A stretch of 64,000 nt of DNA from Ascidiella aspersa (taxonomy: Eukaryota): the NCBI GenBank assembly GCA_963924565.1, contig OZ004615.1, forward strand, positions 18,042,001-18,106,000. The letters are read 5' to 3'. Numbering within the stretch: the first letter of the stretch is position 1; the number at the start of each line of letters is the position of its first letter. Position numbers and translations under genes: made by a program. Shown here in pieces: positions 37,349-49,300 of the stretch. The notes under the pieces are model-generated. The model had not been told where the DNA came from. It did no database searches and saw only the letters and a program-made list of their open reading frames with translations.

Positions 37349-40300
37349 TCAGAAGTAGTTTCCACTGAACCAGGGGTGCTTAAGGAGGTCGGCGGCGTAC
37401 GGTCGTCGGTCCTTGTCGACGAAGATTTTGGCAAGAAAGTCCTGCGCGAAGAAAATGGAATCGCAATCGTTTAGTAAGCTAGTTCATTACATTTTTTCCA
37501 TGCTGCCAGTCTGTCATAGAAATGCTGCTGGTGAAGTCAACGTACGATTTCTCAGAATCGTTGACCAGGACTGCAGGGGACTAGGGAAAGCGTCGGTTTA
37601 GTTTAAGTCGGACTCGGGATTTGAGTAATACTACCCGAGTCCCGAGTCCGACGTGTGCAGTACCACATTCGAAATCGATAAGATCGCAAACTGTTAACAG
37701 TACGGAATAGCATTTTGTGAAATATTTTCCAACCACATAACGTGTGGATGAGTCATATAAGATCCTATGAGTGGATTGCTGTTAATATCCACTCTGTACT
37801 TGAATAACATAAACAAGTGGAGTAAATCGAACCACCGGTTTAGTGTGAGAAGCCCGTTTAAATAAAGTCTTAAAAGGGTAATGTCATTTTTGTTTTCGCA
37901 TAATACAAGGCGCAAGAAAACAGCATAGATTCGCGCTAAGCTTCAAACGCATAACACTACAGCAGTTTACCTTGGCAGTTTGCGAGACGGTGGGGGGAAG
38001 TTGAGGGGAGGTCGGTTGCGTCACGATCTTGAAGAGGGCAGCCATAGCTTCAAACTCGTACCAGGGCGGACGGGTGGTCAGCATTTCAACCACAGTGGAC
38101 GCCAGGCTCCTGCAAAAAATGTAGCCGCATTTAACGCATAGAGTAGACTTTGTTAAACAAGCTTTTAAATACGGCTTTGATGTAGGGCGTCTTGGTGACT
38201 GACAGTTTAAATTGCTTCTTTATTTTTAATTCATTTTTTAGGAACGCTAAAAGCTAATCTGTTGCTAATCTTCACAATTTAAAAAGCGACTAAACCTAAT
38301 GAACGAATAATTATGAATGTTCATAAAACTTTGGGCACCTATATTTACAAGGAAGAAAGGTAAGCTATTTAAGTCAAACCTGGAACGCAACCATAAGAGA
38401 TTAAGAGTACTGTCCGAAGAAGGATCACAAACTTTGGACAGCTATATAAATACAACGCAACTTAATATATACACTAAGGAGGGTAACCTTTGCGGAAGGA
38501 ATTTTAATTAGCGCTTCATAACATATTGGTGTGACGCTTTACAAGTTCTTGTAGGCGATTTTAACTTACCAGATGTCCGCTCTCCTGCCGTAACCTTTGC
38601 CCTCGATAACCTCTGGGCTCATCCAGTATGGTGTACCTATAGTAAAACATGGGCAGTAGTAGCATTGGTTACCCTTCTTAAACAAATTTAATTTTACTTA
38701 CACCTGTCAGCTTAAAAACGAGTCTTGAAAAATATCCTTATGCATTAATTGGGCGTATGCTAAGTCATGAGCTTAAAAGTGGCAATGATTTAGTTTACAT
38801 TGGGATGTTTATGTTGGTTGGCAATTATGATTGTCCCGCGAATTTCTGTGGCAAGAGCGTTTGTTTGAGTTAAAGTAAAAGAAATGAAATGTAGTGATGC
38901 TTACCGACGACGGTTTGTCCCGATGACGTCACTATAGTTTGCAACTTTTTGGCCGCTCCAAAATCCCCTGAAAAGGCATCAATCATTTAGAAACAAAATT
39001 GGACTAGGTATAAAAATATTTCTTAAAACAAAACATTTTTAAACAAATCAAAAGCCACAACCTTAGAGGAAACACTTAAGTTTTCGCAGACTCCACGAAT
39101 CTGTCGATCAATGATGCAAGCAAGACAAGCTAGAAAAACAACTGGCCTGTAGTGAGGTTCGAACTCACTACCTCCAGCCATACCGGGACCTTCGCTCTAC
39201 AACTGAGCTAAACAGGCTCAGAGGAGTGAGTCGAGAAACAATCATACGCCAAAGCTTGCCACATTCGATTAGTATAAGCAACTTCACATTGAAGAGGATC
39301 TATAACAATGCTAGATCATCATCCAATGAAAGATACACACACATAATGGAAAGTAAGGTGACTTACTGGAAGTAAGGTGACTTAAAACACGCAAAAAAGA
39401 ATTCATGCACCCACCAAGTTTAACGTTGCCAGAGGCGTCTCGCAGTACGTTGGCGCCCTTAATGTCGCGATGCACAATGTGGTAGGTGTGCAGGTACACA
39501 AGACCGTCCACTATCTGGCGGGCGTATTTGCACGTCACCGGTTCCGTGATGGCGCCGTAAGACCGGATCTCGTCTTTTACGGAACCCTGTAGAAACACAA
39601 AACGAAATGAAGTTTGAAATTTAATCTGTTTCAAAAAGTGAACAGGCGAAATCCCAATTTTTTAATTTTATCAACTGTTCTTGAAGACAAGTTTTTTTAA
39701 CCTGTTGTTGAGATCCTGTGCTTAACTCCTATGCGCATCAAAAACCTATGTGGATCTATGTGCATATATTCATTTAAAAATGTCTGATTCCGATTTTAAT
39801 CTGGTTTTTAAACTTTGATTATTATTGTTTATATACGCGTCGGCGGAAAAGTGATCGACAAGCAGAAACCTGCTGCCAATGGTTTTGGATTCCATAAAAA
39901 TGCGCCCTTCTAAATATGCACCAAAATCGTATAAACCCACGTCTGAAAATGACGTATTCTATTTAGAGAGCTAACGTAACTTATTTTTGCGTACGATTTT
40001 GACACACACGCCAAGAAATATCAGGCCCCTTTTCACCTGGGGCTGTACCGAGAATATGCCTGGGGTATTTTGGGGGGTTATTGGGTTTTCTCTGGGGAAT
40101 AAATAATTGAATTTTTGAAGAGACAAGACAATGAGGTGATTATTGCCGGTGATGCAAAAGCATCGATTGCAACCGGTACGTGGTGCAAACCGATCTCAAA
40201 ATAAAACGCCTGTTTAAAACAAGCGCAAAACCTCGAAACGCCGCGATTTCTCTTCGCCACAACGGCACTTGGAAGTTTTCTTCTAAAAATAGTAGTTTCG

Positions 40301-43300
40301 ATTGCAGGCTTCGAGTTAGGCCCGTGGCTGCAACGGAAAAAGAGGATGGGCTAAACGAGGCACTCAGCAGCGTCGCACATTCCTGAGCTGTTACGAGTGA
40401 CGACAGACACCCCGACGATGCTATTCCCGCGCGGTAGTTCCCCTTTCACGAAACCGACGCAAATCGCTAAATATAGTAACAAGTAACAACCCAGCGGTTT
40501 GCAACACTAGCTCAAACCAGGGTGCTGATACGCAAAGCAATCAAGATGGTTATCGCAGTCGTTTATTGCGCGTGTCTGCATTTCTGTAAATACACAGTGT
40601 CTAATGTTTTTTCGTGGATTAAATAAAACAGTGTAAGCCGAATTTCAACAGCTATCTGGCTTACGAAACTTTAACAAAAAACATTATTTTGGGGATTTTA
40701 TAAAACCACAACAAAATTTGCAGCTGTTTTACAAAAACATTCATCTTTAACATATATTGGCACAAGATCATGATGCAATGTCAAGTTAACACCTAAATTG
40801 AAAAAAATTGCTGCGAAAAATTGGAGAACCATAAACACACAAAAACGGGGTCAAATAAGCGCAGCATGTCGCCTTTTTTCACTCCCGGCAAACGTGCAAA
40901 CCCACCATTAGGTAATGGGTCGGGGGTCGCCGCCGGGATTTAAAATAACCACGGGGAATTTTTGTCTCTTAACCCGACTGGCATGTTTTGCTTGCAGTGG
41001 GTTTCGCGCAAAAAAACAACAGCAACATTGTCAGAACTGCTCAGAGCAGATTTTTAGGCTTTACAAAAGTATTACGTGCTGTTTCTTTTTATAGCTATGC
41101 TGTTATCGTTCTCAGTATTAGATGGTGCAAGTGGTGGATTTACGCTTTTTTTAGTTTAGTTAAAAGATTTATTCAACACCAAACGCATTTGTTTTCACTT
41201 TTAATTCCTAAAATAATAACAGGTGTACCCCTTTATATTTATAATAATAACAGGTGTACCCATAATAACAGTTGTACCCATTTCACGGTGAATTATGCTT
41301 TTTCCAGCTGCCACGGGAAAGTCGAAGCAAAAAAAACGCCGAACAGCAAAGGCACAGAAAAATGGCCGCAGCCGAACTTTTCGTTTTTTTAATCGGATTT
41401 TCTATCTCTTGTATCTTGATGTTTTAATGTTACTTCCTTGAATTTTACTAACCGAGCCGTATAAATGTAATTCTTTAAATCGCATCCATGCGCCGGACAT
41501 TGATCAAAATGCGAGAGTAATCAAATTCGAGCACGTGCGGGAATGTACGTTTAAAATGACGTAACCCGTCGGCTATGGCGCGAAAACTCAAGTAAACAGA
41601 ACGTCGGGTGCGTGTTTGGAAATGCGGTTTTCTTTGGTATTTCGAGGATGGTCTTGCGCCACCCAGACTAATATGCAAGTTGACGATTCGATTGGAAAAG
41701 CGTTAGAATTTATCATTGCTAGATTATAATTTGCTGGGTTTCTCGGCTAAACAGAATTCAGAGATTACAAAAATACAGCTTAGGCGATAGAGATTTTTTA
41801 CATTACACAGCGGTATACGCAGGGTTGCAATTTCGCATTTACTACCCAGATTGGTGGCTATTTTAAATAAAAAAAGTTGCTCGTTTTGCTAAGAAACACC
41901 TAAATTTTGAACCTTCCCGTTGTTTTAACTTTTTTTCCGTGCTAAATTATGTTTTTAAACTTTTTTTTCGTGCTGAAGTATTTTTTAAATGTTACGTTTG
42001 TTAATATACAACTCCTTTGATCAGATATAGCTTATTGAAACTTTAATTAGACAACGAAAATCACACTTTAGATTTAACATTATTCCGAATTTTCGAGAGC
42101 TTTTAAATTAAAATGCTGCAAAGAAAAAAAGCCTAATTTTTACTTTACAATTTTTTTAATTTACCCGTATTGTAATCAATCTAAACTTACTAATCTTTTC
42201 AGGCAAAATACAATTATTTGCTTATTGAAGTCAGAATTTAAAACAGCGCACTATTAAAATTAGTTATGGACAACTTTATTTCCCTAGATTTCTAGAACAT
42301 GAACTAAACTATCAGACATAATGTTTTTTTACAAAAACAGTCATAGAACAATCAATGAAAAGATACATTACTGTTCTTAATGAATAACAACCGCAACCAA
42401 TAGGACATTTGGCGCATCAAATTCAAATTAATCTCATAAGTGTTGCATAGCAAACATTGTGTAAATAAGAGCAGCGAGAAATCTTTCGGTCATCAAATGA
42501 AAGCCCTCCCAATATCGATTGCTACTCGACACGTCATACTTTTGTCCAACACTTACCCCCGGCATGTACTCCATGAATATGGAAAGCGTGCTGGAGTCCT
42601 CGGAGCAGCCGTAGTACTGGACAATCCGCTCGTGATGCAGCGTCCTTAGCAACTCGATCTCCGTCTGCAAGGCTTTGATTTCCTGCAACACAACGAGTGT
42701 GACGTCACAACAAACTTTAATTTGCACTTCACCAGGAATATTTTTTTAATTTAAGTTAAGAGCGTCGGCCTTGAAGTTTTGGCCAGGTTGGTTTCAATTG
42801 CCCCTATAGCTAAAATAAAACTCAAACAGTAAAAAAACATACTCTCAGAATATTTGCCACGAAATTCTAGTCTTAACAGCTAAATATTAACAAAACACGC
42901 CGTTTTTCTAATTCCCCGAAAACAGAAAAAAAAACTTAAATATTTATTTCAAGCACAATTGAAACATAGTAAGGAACGTTGTGCAATTGGTGCATTGCAT
43001 TGCAATAGCGTAACTTCTACATGATTGGATGTGTTTATGTTCATCACATGCTGGCAAACTTACCACGCTGTGTGCCGTGGGTGTAGCGTTGTGCACAATT
43101 TCTATCAACATATATAAACAATGTGACGATATTTAAAATGTTCACAAAATAAAGTTTGCAATGTGATTTAGGACAAGGGATGGTACGTTCTGTAAACTGA
43201 CAAAAAAAAACTTTTTTTTAGTATGGCAAAAAGTAAATTGTATCGCTTACATATTCATGTAACACGCTTTAAAAACCTTTATAAGCACTACACAATTCAT

Positions 43301-46300
43301 TTTAACGTTAGATGATAATATCATAAAAGGAAATCAACTTTGTAACTATACGCCGCCCACGCAAAGAAAACACAAGGGCATCTTTGCACTTGTCAGTCGT
43401 TTGACCACAAAAAGCGCTAACGTCTATACGAGCCGCAAAGTGACCTAACGTCTGGTTAAACATTAACTCACGCTTAAGCAAATCAAACAACCAGAGGACA
43501 GGCGGCGGTTTGCGTAGCAATAAACGACCTCGCCCCAACCTTTATTGCCTTGCTTTTGCAAAGAAAAATGCAAGTTACACTTCGAGGAATCGCAAATCAT
43601 GTGGACGTTTTGAATTTTTCGCGATAGATTTACAATAGAGAGTTGGATGCGGCTCACTCACAGAATATTTAAATCTGTTGCAATTAAAAAATAACTAATA
43701 AAAACACGAAAGCAATGTTTTGCGGGTTAAAGCAAAAATAATATAACCTGGAGAACACGCGTAAACAAAATGGAAAAACATTTTTTAGGTTTCTTGCCTC
43801 CTAATCGTAAACAAACTGTTGTGGGAAATAACTTATCACTACAAAAAATTTAGAATCTCGAAAGTTCAAATAAAAGCCCAGGTCCGCTTAATCCACAAAA
43901 CAGCACTTGGGTTTGAAACCATTGGCCTAGAACTAGATCAACGTTTCAGCCTAACAAGGTCAAAAAGATACAATTCAAAACAATGATAGCACCACAACCA
44001 CCTGTTTCAGCCGTCATTTACCGAAGCGTACCTCGTCGGGCAAGCCGATGCAGCCTTTATAAAAAATTCAAAGAAAACCAAGAAAAGCTACTCGCCTTTG
44101 ACGCGTCGTGGGTGTCGGCGGCGTGGATGTCGACCTGCTTCACGGCCAGTTCGATTCCGGTGTCGGCGTCGTAGGCGAGGTAGACCTTACCGAACGCTCC
44201 ATGGCCAAGCACCCTGCCCTTACGCCAGTTGGCTGGGGCTTTGGGGGCTTTAAAATGAAGAAAATAAGGTTAGGAGGTCGTTTAGTGTGAAGTAAACCAA
44301 TAACAGTGGCCGAAAAGGAAATGCTGCGCTTCTAACGCTATCAGTTGTGATTAAAAAGACTGTTTCGAAAATAATTCGGACCACTTTTTATTAAATAATT
44401 ATTCAGCTCGTATAAAATGCGTAGAAGTCTTATACCAGTGTTTTTCAGCCTTTTATAGCTTGCGGCACCCCTCATAAATGATAAATAGATTGCGGCCCCC
44501 CTACAACATTTTCCGTAGGTAATTCACTAGAATATCACAATAAACGGAACTGGAACAACACACATAAACTCTACACTTTTGAGGAAGTTATAATTGGATT
44601 TATTCTACTATAATCTTACACAAAAAGCTGTAAAGTTTAAGCAAGAAATCAGATTCTTAAAGATTCTCAAAATTCTCTCGGCACCCTTGAGCATTAGAAA
44701 TGGTACCCCAGGGTGCCGCGGCATCCCAGTTGAGAACTACCGTCTTATACGGTTACCTTTGAAAGTACACTAAATCTTATCATTTTTACGCAAATTTTAA
44801 ACGAATGAAATCTGATAGCAAATAAAGCTTAACACATTTTGGGTCAGTTGCTTACATTTGACGAAGGACGACATAATTTGCGGGCTTTGATCCATGGGCG
44901 TGACGTCACTCGCCGTTCTTCTGTGACGCCCTGCACTTCCGGGGCTCGTGCCTTTGTCAAACAAATAATATCTTGTTACGTCACAATAATTGCCAAAGAA
45001 AGTAGGCTCGCACTAAGCAAAACGAGTAATAATAAATAAAACACACCTCATACAAAAATATTTTTGAAAAAAAACAGCATTTTATTTTTACAGACATGAG
45101 TGAAAAACTGTAAGCACCTCAGTTGAACCTTGAATTTTGCATTTACGGTAAAACAACAGGAATGCGGACAAAAGTCGCTCAGCGGCGTAGACCAACAACA
45201 GTGCTCGGGCAGCGGCACTTTCTAGAAACAACAACCTTTGCTGGATAGCACACGTTCAGGCACCTTTAGGGTGGGCACATTTTTTTGAATCATCGACCTA
45301 ACCGAAGGCACATAGCACGTATCCCGCATAATTTGACGCGAATATTTCATCACTGAATGACGCAATACTACAAGGCCTCATATCACCATACATATAAACA
45401 TACGTGACACGAGTTACGCAGGCTTTACTCTATGACAGGGGTGTCCAACTCAAACATGCCGGCGTGCCAATTGTTATCTTATAACTTCTTCCCGTGCTAA
45501 AGTTTATTAATAATTCTTTCTAATAGTAAAAGCGTTTTTTACCAAATAATAAAAACGTGTAATTAGCAGTGCACATTACTGCATCTAAGTGTCCGTCGGT
45601 GAGCTGACTTCGCGAGCCGCATGCGGCTCTTCAACCAGTTTCATGCGGCTCTTACGTTCAGGTTATATTTGAGTTTCAACATTTAGTGAAAAAAAATCAC
45701 GCGTTTTGCGCTAAATTCAGTTAACTTTCCTGCAGTGTGAGTTAAAAATCGCTAAATGTAGCCTACACAATATTGTTAGTGTGCAACAATTATAATAATC
45801 CTATACCCTCAGTAAAGGCATTTGTAAGGAAGAAATATATTTAGATCTGTCCATGTGAAAGGTGTGGCTCTTAGCGGTTAACCAGTGAAGAAATGCGGCT
45901 CTTGGTCTCTAATTGGTTGGCCACCCCTGCTATATAATGTTATAGTATTAGAAGTAACTGTTAGTTGTCGTGATTGCCGCGATTGTTTTATATTGCGACC
46001 ATAAACAATGGCAATTTACTGTATAAAAACATAACTATTTTTTGGCAATTGGCTGAATAAATAACAAATTATGTAATTTAGGGGGGGGGGGGGGCTTGCG
46101 TGCCATTTTTTATTTGGTCGCGTGCCGCTTGTCGGACACCCCTGCTCTATGATCTAGTGGTGCAATTTTTTTACAAGGCTTTGATAGACACAAGCAATTT
46201 TCGCACGTATAACCTGGTTTTCACCTTCACCGTCTATTTCTCGGCGTCCTGTCATCATGAGTGATTTTTACTAATGTACCGATAAACAATGTTTGTCTGT

Positions 46301-49300
46301 ATCATGGAAATATGTAATGTTTTAACGCAAGTAAAACACGTGGATACAGTTTTCAAACAAAGGCCTGTAGCCGCGGTTTGAGTATAATGTGCTTTAGGTA
46401 ACGTGTCTGTTTCTTCCAGCAACTGGGCTGTAAAATTTGAGAAAATATTGGCTTTCATGGCAATAAACTTTATACAGGAAAACTTTAAGCTGAAAAAGTT
46501 GGTTGTAAAATGAAGTTTATGATACCACGCCCGGTGGTAAAACAATTGCAACTCTCAAATCTAGGTTTTCAGTTCCCTGTTGGTCCCTTAACAATCTTGT
46601 TTCGATAGTTATTTTTTAAATTCTTACCAACAGCACTATTAACAGAGTTTTCAAAAAAGTGTTGCGGTAGGTAGATTGTTTGTTTGCGTGTAATACGGGT
46701 TAATCAAAAAGACAGCCAGACCTACTCTTCAAACAGCAAACATTTTACTTAAATTACCTCATTCGTTTTTCGCTTACTAAAGGCACAATTTGTGTTATAC
46801 AGACCTCGCAGCGATGTGCAGTGCACGTTTAACTAGAAAGCAGTAGATGCGAAACACATAAAGGCCGCAAAAAACAGCAACGTTGGCGCTGCACGGTTGA
46901 GCGCACTTGCGTCAGCGTGTGTTGCACGCTTGACTGCGTACCGTCCGACGTGCATTGCTTACGTGGTTTTGCTGCTATAAATACGTGCGGGACGATGCTC
47001 AGCCGCATCTTTTTGAGTCGGGGAGGATTGACTAGGCGCAAAACCCTTTGGGGCCGGATTAGGGAAGGCGGGGGTTTCCGACGCCGCTTTTGGACGAGAT
47101 TTTGATGGATTTGGGAAAAAATAAAAATTCCGTGTTGACGCTCCGCTGTTTGTTTTGACAAAATCAACCTCATTCACGCTAACTAGTCTTTGTTGAAAAC
47201 CAATATTGGACGATGTTCCTTTCCCTAACTGTGCTTATACAATCAACCTGAATCTTAATAATCGAATAGATCGATTCCAAAAACACAGGCAAAAATGTTG
47301 TCTCAAACTCAAAAGCATTCACTTTTGCCTGGTACGTTTATTCCTATCTTTCACCGACTTCTCACCTGTGTAAGTTGTGCCCGACGTGTTGAACTGATTG
47401 TGAATCTCCTCCAAATCTAGTCCGCTACTGCAGCTACTGCAGTTGGAGGATCTAACGAACAAAAGAATAAAACGCTAGTAACTGTGAAAAGGTCAAAACG
47501 CCAAGAAAGTCAATCACAATAGTCGAGTTGCCGTGAATGTACTTTTAAGAAAAAAGCTGATAAATTCGGCTTTAAACGCACTTCTTGTTTGCCGAAAATT
47601 GATATATTCTGGTAAAATATTTTGATCTGATCACTTACTTTTTTATTGTTATGGTCAAATGTATTTTCTGCCGCAGTTAAAGGTAATTGTGAAAAAGTTT
47701 GACGATTTTACATTTCCGTCCGTGTCATTTTTTATACTAGAATGATATGAACTAAAAGTGAAGGCATAATTTCAAGCCATAGACTGACGGGAATTATTGC
47801 CAAGCACCAAAAGTGAAAATAACAAGCGTAACAAACAGGAACTGCTTGTTTCTGTTCGGGCAACTTCGGACACCACAAGTATAGCCCGAGGGATGTAGGT
47901 AGAACTGGGAGACAAATCAGGTGATTATGACGCAAGGATAGTTATTGCGATGTTCCAAATCGCTCACTCTCAATTCCTGACTGCATAAGTGATATGATAG
48001 TAACTTTTATTTAGGCGTAAGGCGGGTTGAATAACATTACCCAAGCATTGTAAAATGTTCTAAAAAAATGTTCATGTCTCCTTACGTTTTAATTTGTACG
48101 TTTAGCAAAAAATCGCTACTATCTTTCAGCAGGTAAAATGTCCTTGATTTGCAGTGTAGTAAACAAGTCATTTGAAAACGACTAAAGTCAAAATCATGTG
48201 ATTTATAAAACTAGTCTGAGTCAAGTCATTTGCAATAAATAGCAAATTCACGATCCAGCTTGAGTCAATTCCAAGTCATTTGACTAAAAACTATATGCTA
48301 ATCTCATTTCGTTCCAAAGCAATATTTTTTTTCAAGTAATTTCCCTGATTACTTGAGTCCAAGTATAGACATTTGTCAACATATCACTTGAATTAATTTA
48401 TTGCAACACTGTTCATTTGTGTTTCCAATTTATATCGTTTTTATCTTTATAGGATGTTAACCATATGATCAAACACAAACTAAAAAGCAGAGGAAACATG
48501 TAGGAATTTTCACGTTCCCCGTCCCGACAATCCCAGAAGCTACAACCTTCACCTGACTTACGCCATCGGTAAATTAAGAACAAGCTACGTCACCACACGT
48601 GATTTACGCGTCGCGGTCGAGTGACCACGGTGTGTTTTTACGCATCGCCGACTACGATCGCAACATTTGAAAAGCGATCCTGTCACGTAGGGCTCACAAC
48701 AAATTGAAATGAACATGTGCTGTCTTTCCTCGTATGTTACAGAGAGTGGTTCGAACTTTTGTAAAAAGTTTCGGAGTTTAACTTTTTTTTATCGAGACAC
48801 ACACAAAAATAAAGAATATGCTAAAAAAACTATTAACGTTGATCTATAATATGTTGTAAACAGTGGTTTGATGGCCAAATGTATCAAAATTGCGCGTACA
48901 GAAAAGCTACACACTGTTGACAGCACATGGTTGTTAGTTACCGACTCAAAATAAGTGTTTTAACGCAGTACCTTAATATTTTAACCAACAGTAAAAAATA
49001 TCGCAATTAAAAAATAAAAATTAATATTTGGTTGACCGCAGTACGTTTAACCGGTCGAGTTATAAACACGGCCAACCTATTTAACTCCTTTTAATTTCAC
49101 AGACCAGAATAGTTTTTTGCACACTGTGGAATATATAAATGTGATTGAAGTGCGGTAAAGCGAAACGCCATTATGGTCACCTGGTCAAGCTATCTGTGTG
49201 AAAGACTACGTTTTGCAGACGTGCGTGCAGTTAACGCCAACGCAACCATTGAATATAACGTGAAATATTGAGCCGGGTTCTGTGAACCCATTAAAATGCA

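Noticed and set aside
39350-39384. 19-bp tandem repeat giving cttccagtaagt on the - strand (recursive splice site?)
   Set aside because: AG and GT overlap rather than forming AG|GT; treated as a simple duplication.
39956-39995. ATTCTATTT... resembling the start of the Ciona spliced leader
   Set aside because: The match stops after 9 nt and no splice donor follows; not an SL RNA gene.
47918-47980. Possible alternative terminal MAP3K exon (phase-compatible acceptor, stop after ~20 codons)
   Set aside because: No homology or other support; such acceptors arise by chance.
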